From NCBI GenBank assembly GCA_963709405.1, contig CAVPXM010000021.1:1-64000 (forward strand): a DNA stretch of 64,000 nucleotides, in the 5' to 3' direction. Positions 11,942 to 23,126 of this stretch are shown piece by piece. Positions within the stretch are counted from its first letter, which is position 1. The number at the start of each line of letters is the position of its first letter. The DNA comes from an uncultured Nitrososphaerales archaeon (lineage in GTDB: Archaea; Thermoproteota; Nitrososphaeria; Nitrososphaerales; Nitrososphaeraceae). A model generated the notes under the pieces. The model was not told the origin of the DNA. It saw only the letters and a list, made by a program, of their open reading frames with translations, and made no database searches. The translations under genes and the position numbers were made by a program.

Positions 11942-12956
11942 TTGGTTTTGCCTGGAGAGGAGACGATTTTGAAAAGGTATAGCAAAAATCCGATTTTGAG
12001 TCCTAAACCTGATAACTGGTGGGAATCCAAGGCGGTTTTTAACTGCGGGGTATTATACGATGGAATGGGAGTTCATATGTTATATCGTGCTGTTGGAGAA
12101 TATGAGGACTATATTTCAAGGATGGGATATGCTTATAGCACTGATGGCTATTGCTTCATGAGACGTGGCGAGGTAGCTATTGCTCCAAATGAAAAATACG
12201 AGAAATTCGGAATAGAAGATCCTCGCTTAGTAGAGATCGATCGCAAGCATTACCTTGTTTATGTTGTCCCATCTACATACGTGCGTGATAAGCCAGAGGT
12301 CTCGTCGGCATTGGCTACGACGAATGATTATCATGCATTTACCAGATTAGGTATCATAACGAAACAAGGCGACGATGACAAGGATGTTGTTCTCTTCCCA
12401 CACAAAATAAAAACCTCCTTAGCAAATAGAGAAGGAACAACTGGGTACTTTTCATTGCACAGACCGAGCCGATGGGTGGGAAACGAATATGGAGTGGATA
12501 GACCGAGTATTTGGCTCGGAGAAGGGAATTCATTAACAGCTTCTCAAAAATATACTCTCCTAATCAAACCAGAGTTTGATTGGGAGGAATTAAAGATTGG
12601 TGCTGGGCCAGCCGCCAATCAAAACTAAGTATGGTTGGCTAGTTATATATCATGGACTCGGCAGCGATAATGTTTACAGGGCCGGCGCGGCAGTTCTAGA
12701 CTTGGAAAGACCAGATAAAGTTCTAGCCCGGACAAGAAGACCAATCTTGCAGCCGGAAGAACCTTGTGAGAAGTACGGTGATGTTAATAATGTCGTATTT
12801 CCTACTGGTGCATGTATAATAGACGGACGATTATTCGTTTACTATGGTGCTGCTGACAAGGTGTGCTGCCTTGCAATAGCTGATCTCGAATCCTTCATCG
12901 CCTATATTAAAAAAGATAGTCACGTCGAGAAGCAATTATGGGCCAAGATATCATAA
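11942..12956 (+). CDS. GH130 (PH1107-like) glycoside phosphorylase/hydrolase, one +1 frameshift near 12611
   Basis: NPILSP..VFNCG..MLYRA..EDPR..DKDVVLFP..KIGAGP/PPIKT..YHG..NVVFPTG..YYGAAD. Confidence 0.88.
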
Positions 12957-14011
12957 TGGACTTATGAATCTGTACCTGAGATGAATTAAGGCATATTATC
13001 TCATATACTTGTTTCCAATGATTCTTGCAGTTGATTCGTTCTACACATAAAAGCAGTATTGTTAACCAGAGAATTGATTGACATCTGTGGTCCAGGATTT
13101 ATGAGTCTAGACATATTGTCAAGTTTATTATGATAATTACGAATCTGATACTACCATATATTTTACTACATTTTTTCCAAAAAAATACAGTTGGTCTCTT
13201 CTAAAAAACAAGATTTAAGAGCCCTCTTCCTAAATAATTTTGTGTTTCTAAGCTTTAAAGAACTTATCCATTTCCAGGAAATATCCAGATAATAGTGAGC
13301 TCATGTGCCGTTCCATAATCTATCTTCAATCATCAGCGTATAATGTCTAAATTACATCAGGATTGAAATATGATGACTGTGATTAGTGTCAACAAGATAT
13401 TACTAAATACATAATCACCTGAAAATGCTACCTACTGCCATCCATAAAATAATGATAACTAATATGATCGTTTCAACAGGTATTGAATTCGACCCTGTGT
13501 CTGAGGTACCTATACAATCTTCATTTATATTTATATTATGTAGACTGTCCCAAGATGCAACTCAGATAGGCAAAAAAGGATAGTTGTACCGAAGCTGAAT
13601 CTTCGTTCTCGAACATACCTTGAACGTAGTTGTCTTTCGTAAAGCTTCTATATTGAGGACCACTTTGATAACTCATGCTCGTTTGCTTCTTTGTATACGT
13701 GTTCGAACTTATCGTACCTATTTTCCCATCACCTTTGTTTGACACTAATTACATCGCCCTAAAGTTCATTCTGTTATTTCGTGGCAGTAACTGAATACAA
13801 GAGTTTGCTACAGTAACTTGAAAATGTCTTATATTGGCGACGAAATATACAAAATAATAGTAATTAGACGAAGATTGCAGGGCGAATACCGAAGTGACGA
13901 TCGGCATCAGTAAGAATAAGCATGCCAGCTGTTACCTAAAAATAGTTAAAAGGGATTACTAAAAGAATAATTAGGAATGTATCTATTGTATGATATAGCA
14001 TCGGGATATCC

Positions 14012-14467
14012 ATGGAACCTGCGACAAAAGGAACAAGATTAGAATCTATACGCGACGCTAATAACACAAGAAAAGAAGATAGAACAGATAGAATGGAGGA
14101 TTATCTAGAAGTGATATTCGAGCTAATTCAGCAAAAAGGATATGCAACGACTATTGATATTTCCAAATATCTTAATGTGAGCTCTCCGAGCGTGACTAAA
14201 ATGGTACAGAGACTGGGTGATAGCGGACATCTGAAATATGAGAAATATAGGGGGATAAGTTTAACTGACGAAGGCGTAAGAGTAGCAGAAAGCATTCGAG
14301 AGAGACATGGCCTTCTCGCGGAATTTTTTAAAATGATCGGTGTGACCGTAGATATAGCTAACAGGGATGCTGAAGGAATTGAACATCATTTGCATCCTCA
14401 GAGTTTACAAAAACTGGAAGAGTTTATACGAACTATAAAAGGTGATTCTAGAATGGGAAAGGGTTAG
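14012..14467 (+). CDS. mntR: DtxR/MntR-family metal-dependent regulator
   Basis: MEDYLEVI..VSSPSVTKMVQRL..RHGLL..DAEGIEHH. Confidence 0.88.
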   Translation: MEPATKGTRLESIRDANNTRKEDRTDRMEDYLEVIFELIQQKGYATTIDISKYLNVSSPSVTKMVQRLGDSGHLKYEKYRGISLTDEGVRVAESIRERHGLLAEFFKMIGVTVDIANRDAEGIEHHLHPQSLQKLEEFIRTIKGDSRMGKG

Positions 14468-15038
14468 ACAAGAATATTTGAAACCAACAAACCATATAGT
14501 TTGTCATCGTCAAAGTGACTCAATTAATTTAAGATTGTAGATGTGTAGCATTGGATATTATATCACAATGTATATGTTAATCTTTAAATCGAAGAGAACA
14601 TAGATTGAATTAGCGGTTATGTAATTGTCAAAAAAGTCCTTGTTGTGTTAAGATTAAATAGTATGCAATGATTCTGCCCAAAGAATTTACTCGCTTTGAA
14701 AACTAACTAACAATCTATCACCCTCATTGACGAAATGATCTACTAAATCGATGCTGTTAGGATTTTGCTTAACTCGCAGATGACTTAACAGGACGTGACT
14801 TAGGATATATCCCGTTGGAAAGGAATGATCGTTGATTAGAATTTGTCTCTGTCCTTTAGCTGAGAGTACTGTATATCTCGACACACACGCAGATATTATC
14901 TAGGTGCCGTACGCTGAGTTGTGATTATTCATGATAGCCCAATGTAACCGAATTAAAGACAGCCTACGTGCTCGGTATACGGTTTTATTTGGTAAACAAT
15001 GGTATTGATTACCAATATTTATATAGGGCTGCAGTTAA

Positions 15039-15530
15039 TTGGGCATTATGGTAGACTATACACCTGAGGATGACAAGACGGCTACATTCAAGGGGTTCAA
15101 CAATGTTTACGATTCCGTCAAGGAAAATTTATTGAGAACCGTAGATGAAATGGCAAAGGCACAGCCCCAATATTATCAATCCATTTCTAATCTTCAGCTC
15201 GATTACATACAGACTGCAAAAAATATTATTCAGACGACATTATCATCTCAAAAACAGTTATTAGGGAACAACTGGACTATTCCTTCTTCGGCCCCTTATG
15301 CAGAACAATTCGTGAATCAGTCAAATCAAATTACTAACAATACTATTAGGGTAGTCGACGCTAATAATCAACTCTTAATCAATAGCCTTGATACTCTAAG
15401 GGAGAACTTGAAGGTATGTAATCGAACGATCGATACAGTCACAGAGTTTAATAATAATGTTGTAAAAGCTTGGAACTCATTCTTTTCGGCAGCGCAGCAA
15501 CAACACAGACAATTCTTGTCTAAGATGTAA
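15039..15530 (+). CDS. Gln/Asn-rich all-helical conserved hypothetical protein (phasin-like)
   Basis: Amphipathic helices; PQYYQSISNLQLDYI..AWNSFF. Confidence 0.7.
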   Translation: MGIMVDYTPEDDKTATFKGFNNVYDSVKENLLRTVDEMAKAQPQYYQSISNLQLDYIQTAKNIIQTTLSSQKQLLGNNWTIPSSAPYAEQFVNQSNQITNNTIRVVDANNQLLINSLDTLRENLKVCNRTIDTVTEFNNNVVKAWNSFFSAAQQQHRQFLSKM

Positions 15531-15762
15531 CCATATCTGAACAGAAATTTATAAGTGACACCAATTTTTTAGATATATAGCATAATGGTGACCTCTTTAG
15601 AAAGAGGATGAATCTTGGCTACTGGCAACTGACATAATGCAGTTTTTATTCATTGAAGGAAAACCTATATTTTTGCCGATTGAATTAGAACCATTTCGTT
15701 ATAATTTGCTACTGTCCTATCGTGTATTGTTGATGGATTCCCTATGTCCTGGATAACGTACT

Positions 15763-16687
15763 AAGTGCCTGTCCCAAAATTGTCCTTCTATAGATGATGA
15801 TGCAACAAGCTAGATGTACCACTGAAAGATAATTTTGCGATTTCTTTTCATATCTTACAAACAGTTTTCTGAATCTGTTATGCCAGGAGTTGGTTCTTTC
15901 TACAACCCATCTTCTAAAATTGTGATGATAATTATGATGGTCTTTCCTCATTGCTGATAGAGGCATCACCTCTATGCCTCCATCTACGTCGAGTGTGGGA
16001 TATGTATCCTCTTCCAACTACGTTATTATATTCAATCTCTAGAATCATATCCTTTATCAAGATAGAAAGAGATTTTGAACATCTTTACCCAAGGCTGGTC
16101 TATTTATTACTATTTTGTCAAGAGATTCTGTTGTACTCTACACAGCATGTGTATTAGCAGCAGTAATAACAACAGATAATTGTATACCCTGCCCATCAGT
16201 TGATACATGATGACGTTTTGTTCCTAACTTGCCTCCTCTAGCTGTAGTGTAGGGCCAACCAGTCATTTGCCACTTAAAGGTGCCTTTGTAAATACACTAT
16301 CAAGTGATTGCCATTTCCAATGAATGCCTACAAGGTCATCATACACTTTTAGCAATCTAATCCATAGTCTTTGAAATACCTTGATGTAGAGCATTGTCGG
16401 AATCGTCTATGACATTTCGAACCAGACCCAAACTCATTTGGCAACATCTTCCATTGACACTCAATTCTTAATACATATAGAATGCTACCCAGCAGTATCT
16501 CCTATACGATACGACTGAACGTGCGATGGTATTATTGGTCTTTCTGAGGGAAGTGTCAACCTTATTTCATCCCATAATTCATCAGGGATTCTTTTGACAG
16601 TTGGAAGGCAATTGATTCTACTATAAATCACACTTATGAGCAGGACAATCTCAAGCTATATTTCTATCTATTTTGGGATGGATTCTA
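15763..16687 (-). mobile_element. Degraded IS5-family element with imperfect terminal inverted repeats
   Basis: C-terminal RRWVVERTNSWHNRFRKLFVRYEKK, upstream LGTKRHHV and WKMLP fragments; ends agtgcctgtcccaaaat / attttgggatggattct flanked by TA. Confidence 0.85.
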
Positions 16688-17183
16688 ATTATTTTATCCT
16701 AATGTAGTTGTCATCTTGTATATGTCATCTTTCTCGAAGGATTTGATAACAATGATTTTAATTATGCTAAGAATACAATAATGTCGTTCTTATCATACAC
16801 TTAGTTTTACTGTACTAAGAACGGAGGTCACATTCAAGTGCCCGACACCAAATACTGCTCCATATAGAATCTAAATGATTCCTGCCTTTGTAGCTTCAAG
16901 GATCTTAGTCACAAGACTCAAAACCATACCAATGAGGCGATTCATTTAGAGACTTTGCTTATGAGATCTTCTTGATTTTGGTTTTAATAGCTTTGGTTAC
17001 AAGCTATTATTATAAAATATGTTACAAATATTCGATGAAGCTGATTTTGTCGTTCAATTTCGTCACCAGTGTATCAGCCTCTCTCGTTATGGTGATACAT
17101 GTTTATACATACGATTTAGTGAGTCATATAATCACACTTCGCGAGGTCAGCACCGTGCAGTTTGTCGATGGATAAGAGTGTTA

Positions 17184-17998
17184 TTAATTAAGGAACTCAT
17201 TTTTCACTATCTTGTTATATGCTTCTATTTTCCCTTGTAGCTGTGGGTAAGAATTTGGTATTTGCTTATCCTTTATCTGATTGTGTACAAGGAAATGTCT
17301 GAACATTTTGGATGTAAACTGCTTTCCATTGTCATGCATTACTCTATCAGGTTTACCATTGATCACTATCCAATCCTCTAATACATTCAGAATATCCACT
17401 GACCTCTTTCTTTTAGACCATCTGCTTGCTACTTTTCTTGAACAATCATCCAGACAACTGATTATGTAATTCCTTTGACTAGAATTACTCAGATAGAAAG
17501 GGCCAAGGATATCCATCTGTACCATCTCATTTGGATGCTTCATGACAAACCGTTTGTAAGTTCTTGTTTTGGCCTTACACTTGAGGATATTAAGCCCATG
17601 TCTCTTTAGTATCTTGTATATAGTTCTGGTGCTTAACGAGATTCCAACAACCTTTCTTAATCTAAACTTGATCCTGCTACATCCAAACCTTTTGGTTAGT
17701 CGTAGATCAAGTATTGTCTCTTCTATTTCTGATGTTACCTTTCTATATGGAGTATTATGAGGTCTTTTAGAGTTATCTAGAAGTCCTTCTATCCCTTTCT
17801 GTTTGTATCTGTTATTCCACTTGTAGTAAGTCTTTCTGGATGTACCGTATCTTTTACAAATATTAGATACTGTATCGCCAGTCCATTCTTTCTCATGTAT
17901 TAGATTAAACCTTGTTCTGATTTCTATATGGATTCACTTCTTGACAGAAGTGTAACCCATGTCTGTAAGCTAAATTGTCACCTATGTTAGGAAGTACA
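17184..17998 (-). mobile_element. IS481-family element (rve integrase core), 3' truncated
   Basis: Left end 5'-TGTACTTCCTAACATAGGTGACA with an internal ACATGGGTTACA repeat; HTH ICKRYGTSRKTYYKW is in frame with VQMD..LDDCSR..HDNGKQF..GKIEAYNK; 1-nt insertion after the GTG start (~17937). Confidence 0.88.
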
Positions 17999-18006
17999 AC
18001 AATTAA

Positions 18007-18471
18007 TTATTGGCTTACCACAATCGGAAAGTCTGAAGATTCCGGTCTAATTGGGTTAAAGAGGATACCATAGACTTTCACCGTTAACATATAATTACCT
18101 GGTGTATGAAATTGGTAAGGTATAGTAATGATTCCCTCAGCAGTATGTAAAGGAAGACCTGTTTGACCTGTAGAAGCAGATGCTGAAAAAACGCCTTTGC
18201 CATTCTTCACGATGGCGAAATCATAATCAATATGGGGTTGTATATTTCCTGGAGACTTGAAAAAGGATATCTTGAATTTGGTTGGTGTATTCACTTTGAT
18301 AATCGTTGGGGTAGGTTCAATCTGGACTCTTAGGCTACCACCAGTTGTGGGTTTGATGAACGTAGAATTCTGCGCGAATGTCGTTAGCGGAAAAGAGACG
18401 AGTAGAAAGGCCAAAATGGATGCTATACAAAATCCGAGTAGGGATTTAAAGATACTATATCTGCATTGCAT
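18007..18471 (-). CDS. Exported beta-sandwich protein of thaumarchaeal surface-protein type
   Basis: Signal peptide ending in TFAQ; QPHIDYDF, LHTAEG, GILFNPI; start re-assigned from 18579. Confidence 0.7.
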   Translation of the reverse strand: MQCRYSIFKSLLGFCIASILAFLLVSFPLTTFAQNSTFIKPTTGGSLRVQIEPTPTIIKVNTPTKFKISFFKSPGNIQPHIDYDFAIVKNGKGVFSASASTGQTGLPLHTAEGIITIPYQFHTPGNYMLTVKVYGILFNPIRPESSDFPIVVSQ

Positions 18472-18890
18472 TACAAGATTACAGATCAACATGGATATTA
18501 AGTATTCATAATAAGTGTTCCTCAAATCTGATGCTTCTGTAGAATACAGGATCGCGTTTGGTAATGAAATAATATCCATTGAAAATCAAGCCTTGTGCTA
18601 AATTGCAATGCCGATATTTGAATATCCAATTTTATTTCTCGGTTTTGTATTTGGCAAAATCCTGATATAGGCCTTAGTTCTGTCACACATCCCACCGGTA
18701 CAGAAGATGTGTGGTTAGCATTGGTTCCAGCCTTATCTAGAAAATTTCCATCGATACCAGGACATAAAAAATACTAGCTAGTCTTATTTATACAATAATT
18801 TGCAAGTGATAGTCACGTCATAAACGTGGTAAATTGGATTACAATCGATTAGATTCATATTTTCAGAACCCGATGTAAACTATTCTCTCT

Positions 18891-20387
18891 TTACCTCCAT
18901 GATTTATTTCTTATAGTTATTGCCGCAAGAGGGAGTAACCACGTGTAGACAAAGGTAGTTAGAAAAGTGAATATTGGGCGGTATAACCATAACCTGTCGC
19001 CTGGGTTGCGTAATCTGAAATCTACAGCATAGATCATACCGGTATACATTATCCCCATGATCCATAAAATGGTAGATCTTAAGTCTCCTTCAAAGGGCAG
19101 AATAACTAATGCGTGAAGCACTATATAAGGGCGAATAAATTTCATCGCTGTCTGTATATAATAGAGCATGGCAACATAAAATGGCCGGCTCCAATACATT
19201 CCTCCAGTAGATGACAGGCTTCGAATGAAACTCTTTTTCCACCTGATCTGCTGTTTAATGAGCGCTGAGACTGTGTTAGGTACTCCTACATTAACCCTTA
19301 CACTATAGCTGTACCTGACATTCCAACGAGGAGGCAAAGAGCGTTTATCATAATCGCGATCCGGGTCTGTAGTCTTTTCCAATAGTGACAAATCGTCATT
19401 TCCCACCGCTAAAATCGGAATCTCGAGCTGGGAGTTTGATCCAGAATGAACGTTGTCATTTTTACTTTTGCCCAACGATTCATCAGGAATGTTCTCCCGC
19501 ATCCTAGGTCTAGTCCCTAGAACATAGGCAGTCATACGTCGATCAGTACAGAACTTAAAATCCATTCCAAGAAACGTATCGTGTGCCCATTCATGAATAA
19601 AATGTTGAATAGCTTCTCTCCTATAGAAACTGAGAGATCCAGCACAACATGTAACAGATGAAAACGAGCTTTCTTCAGCCTTTATTGCTCTACATGAGCC
19701 GTCAATATACACGTCTTGAAATTTTTCCAATATGTTACCAGAGTGTGCACCTCGGACCCTTCCGTGCGAGGTTAGCGCTCCAAGTTGTTTATCAGAAATG
19801 AAGATCTTTGCGGCTTTCTCAACGGCATCATACGCCATGTCGCAATCGCTATCCATGAAGGCATAAATTTCGCCTTTGGATATCTGACTAGCGAATTCTA
19901 CGGCTTTCTTCTTTCCAACACTCCTTGATAGGTGCAAAATACGCAACTGCTGCCTATCATGATTCTTTGCTTTTTCCTCTCGTCTTATATCATCAAGTAT
20001 CTCTGCAGTTCTATCAGTGCTACCATCATTCACTATGATGATTTCTTTCTTGGGGTATGATTGGTTAATGCAAGACTGTACACAGTTCCGAATATTATCT
20101 TCCTCATTTTTTACTGGAACTACAATAGAAATAAGAGGTATGTTATTTGTATTCATAGAACTTGTGGGAATATTCGCCGCATCGATGTACGGATCTTTAT
20201 ATCTAGTGTATGCAAAGAGTAAGATATTAAAAAGGACAAAACTCGAGAAGAAACTATAGAGCCCTAATGTAAAGTCCATCACGAACAACAACAAATAAAT
20301 TTTAAGTGCAAGCACAACTGCGACTGACCCCAACATTAGATATCTTACTAGTCGTCTTTTTCGATCTAATTCCTCTTGTCTTGTCAC
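18891..20387 (-). CDS. Processive GT2 glycosyltransferase, hyaluronan synthase/NodC-like
   Basis: DGSTD, DSD, TCCAGSLSFYRR, TDRRMT, QQIRWKKS; N- and C-terminal TM helices. Confidence 0.85.
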   Translation of the reverse strand: MTRQEELDRKRRLVRYLMLGSVAVVLALKIYLLLFVMDFTLGLYSFFSSFVLFNILLFAYTRYKDPYIDAANIPTSSMNTNNIPLISIVVPVKNEEDNIRNCVQSCINQSYPKKEIIIVNDGSTDRTAEILDDIRREEKAKNHDRQQLRILHLSRSVGKKKAVEFASQISKGEIYAFMDSDCDMAYDAVEKAAKIFISDKQLGALTSHGRVRGAHSGNILEKFQDVYIDGSCRAIKAEESSFSSVTCCAGSLSFYRREAIQHFIHEWAHDTFLGMDFKFCTDRRMTAYVLGTRPRMRENIPDESLGKSKNDNVHSGSNSQLEIPILAVGNDDLSLLEKTTDPDRDYDKRSLPPRWNVRYSYSVRVNVGVPNTVSALIKQQIRWKKSFIRSLSSTGGMYWSRPFYVAMLYYIQTAMKFIRPYIVLHALVILPFEGDLRSTILWIMGIMYTGMIYAVDFRLRNPGDRLWLYRPIFTFLTTFVYTWLLPLAAITIRNKSWR

Positions 20388-20835
20388 TCCTCGTCTTTCT
20401 AAGGTGATTTTCTAACACCTGAAACCATTAGCTCTTCCTTTGTTAAATAAATATATATCATGATTTATAACGTACACTTTCATAGTTGATAGGTATAAAA
20501 CATTCTTTCATAAATAAATACCGGCTCGTTATTTTTCCAGCAAACATAAGGTGTAATCGCTGAGCTAAACGTTATAAAATTTTCCTAAAGGGATAAGTTC
20601 GGACCAATAATTTGTGACGTTCAAATTTATGGTTACCTAAATCTATTAGGCACAATTTACTGATAGTGGGGCATCCACTCATGCCTAAAATCAAATCACT
20701 AGGACGCGTCGATCGCAGTCAACGAGGTATAGCTGAATCCGGCTTTAAAAAATGTGAAGCAATAAATCCGTTGTAATTCTTATGTATTAAATCCGTAAAA
20801 CCTTCTGTCATTGTTGTTTTGCATAGGCATTCTGA

Positions 20836-21883
20836 CTAGATGAACTCAGGTTCCCTACTTTCAAAATGTTTTCGTATCGGCTCAATTATTTTATTAATGT
20901 ATAGAGCCGTAGCATTTTTCAAGTCCATTGGATGAATTTTTTTCCTTATAAAGTCCTTTACAACATCAGTATTGTTATAGTAAGTAATATTACCACCATA
21001 TTTTGATGTACGTTCAATGGTGAATTCTGAACATTCATGGAATATAATATACTTAATCAATTCAAGTACCGGATTACCCTCAATCATATCTACCGGACAG
21101 AAAGCGTTATCAACTTTTTTATATATTGCCTTTTCATCATCATGAATGGTGATCCCACTACTAGGTTTGCTCTTGCTCATTTTACTTGAAATGTGCTTCT
21201 GCTCGATTACACCAGTTTCTCCCAATGTGATAGGTTCTGAGAGGCCTGGAAGCAGATGGTGGTGAATGATGACGGGAACTTTCCAATTAAGTTTGGGGTA
21301 GATTTCTCTTACTAGCATATGGATTTTTCTTTGATCCATTCCAGCGTGAACAATATCTAACCTGAGGGCCCTAATATCTACTGACTGCATCGGAGGGTAC
21401 AGCAACTGAGATAGATCGAGATTATCTTTCTCAGTCCTACCCATAATGGTTAAGGACCGAGTAGCACGTGCTAATGTCATATGTTTGCTAAATCTAACTA
21501 GGTCTTGCCAATAATCTGCTCCACATTTTGAGTAAAGTTCGCTACCTGTTACTATCTGAACAGCTGGACAAAAGAATTTAAACGCTTCTGCATAATATTT
21601 CGCCAATATTGCAATTTTTTCCCAATTTCCTTCCGCCTTGTTATTTATATAGGTGTGCCAGTCAGCAAGAAACACTGTAGCCTTAACGTCGGCCTTGATA
21701 AAATCATTAATCTTAAAACCAGTCAAAACCAAGCTTCCAAGGTGCAATTTACCTGAGATTTCTAGACCAATATAATGTCTGGGATACGAAGTAACCTGTA
21801 GCGAGCTCCTCGAGCTCCTTTGTTCTAACGATCTCTTCAGTAGGGCATCTCGTGATCAAATCTACACGCGTTTGAATATCCAT
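20836..21883 (-). CDS. tyrS: Tyrosine--tRNA ligase (+1 frameshift near 21803)
   Basis: MDIQTRVDLITRCPTEEIV../HYIGLEISGKLHLGS, LADWH, YPPMQSVD, GMDQRK, KMSKS. Confidence 0.93.
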
Positions 21884-22188
21884 CTATAGGAACGGCAAGA
21901 AATAGAGCCTATTAAATTGTATCTGGTTTTATCCTCGCACAAACACATTATATTAGTGAATAGCTGTTCTAATGCAGCTGCACGAAAATTGTACAATTCA
22001 TGCATCACAACGCACAGCTATATTAAGAGCAAACGTAGTTATCGCTGGCAGGAATGATGCACTGTGATAGAATATTGAATACACCATAGACTATTAGATG
22101 TGCTGAGCATATAACCTCTTCAAAATCGTAGCACTCACCATAGAGGTACTATCTGAGCCACTCAAGATTAATATGATTATTTATATTC

Positions 22189-23031
22189 TTGGTAAGCAAT
22201 TGCCGAATGTCATATAGTTACGAAGTTTTGAAGGAGGCAAGAGTTTCTCTCCAACGATATAGAGCACACGCCATATCAAAGCATCACGAACGCTATAGTT
22301 TCCCATTTCTGAGTGGGACTTATTTTTCATATCGAAAAATTGATGTCTTGCGGGTAGTTTCGATAGCGTACTCGATTTCAAAGGAACCGACATTTCTGGA
22401 TGTGGGATGCGGTTATGGAGACTTCTTGAAGAAGATCAGACAATATATTCCACATGCGTATGGTATAGAAAGAAATTCAGAGCTTTTCTATGATTTCGGA
22501 ATTCATAAGCCTGAATTTATTAGGATTGCAGATGCACGCTGGGGAATTGAGCAAGACTTCGACATCATTTTTATTGGTTGGATGGATCCTGGCGTCGATT
22601 TCAGAGATGCGATTCAAACCAAGACCGATGTGGTGATAACTACATTAGATCAAGGACTTAGTCTGGCCGCGGAATTCGATGGTCATGGGTATAAGCGGAT
22701 TGCATATTGGCGTACTCCATCCTGGGAGGACGTCAATTCTGAGATAATGAATCGTCATTACACGAGAGTTCCATTCGAAGCGTTATTAAAACTCTCAAAT
22801 TTGCGAAGTGCACATAATCTATGGTATATATATTGCAGCAACGAGAAAAAGTCTGAGGTTATAATTAAGACGCTGAAACAAAAGATTGAAGAGGAAAGTA
22901 AATCTCTGAGATGTCGATATGACTTTGAAGATGTGTTAGACGAATGCGGGTTTAGATACCAAGAAAGAATGAATGATCCTATCTCTGGTGATGGACAGCG
23001 CCTCTGGGAGATCTGTTTTGATAATATCTAA
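22189..23031 (+). CDS. Class I SAM-dependent methyltransferase
   Basis: FLDVGCGYG motif I, GIE, IADA, FDIIF. Confidence 0.8.
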   Translation: MVSNCRMSYSYEVLKEARVSLQRYRAHAISKHHERYSFPFLSGTYFSYRKIDVLRVVSIAYSISKEPTFLDVGCGYGDFLKKIRQYIPHAYGIERNSELFYDFGIHKPEFIRIADARWGIEQDFDIIFIGWMDPGVDFRDAIQTKTDVVITTLDQGLSLAAEFDGHGYKRIAYWRTPSWEDVNSEIMNRHYTRVPFEALLKLSNLRSAHNLWYIYCSNEKKSEVIIKTLKQKIEEESKSLRCRYDFEDVLDECGFRYQERMNDPISGDGQRLWEICFDNI

Positions 23032-23126
23032 TTTATATAATTTAAGCATACAATTGTTCTATCAGATTTGCTATTCGTACCATTGTGATATGGTGTAATG
23101 TCTATAAGTCAAGGCGCATTAGAAAG

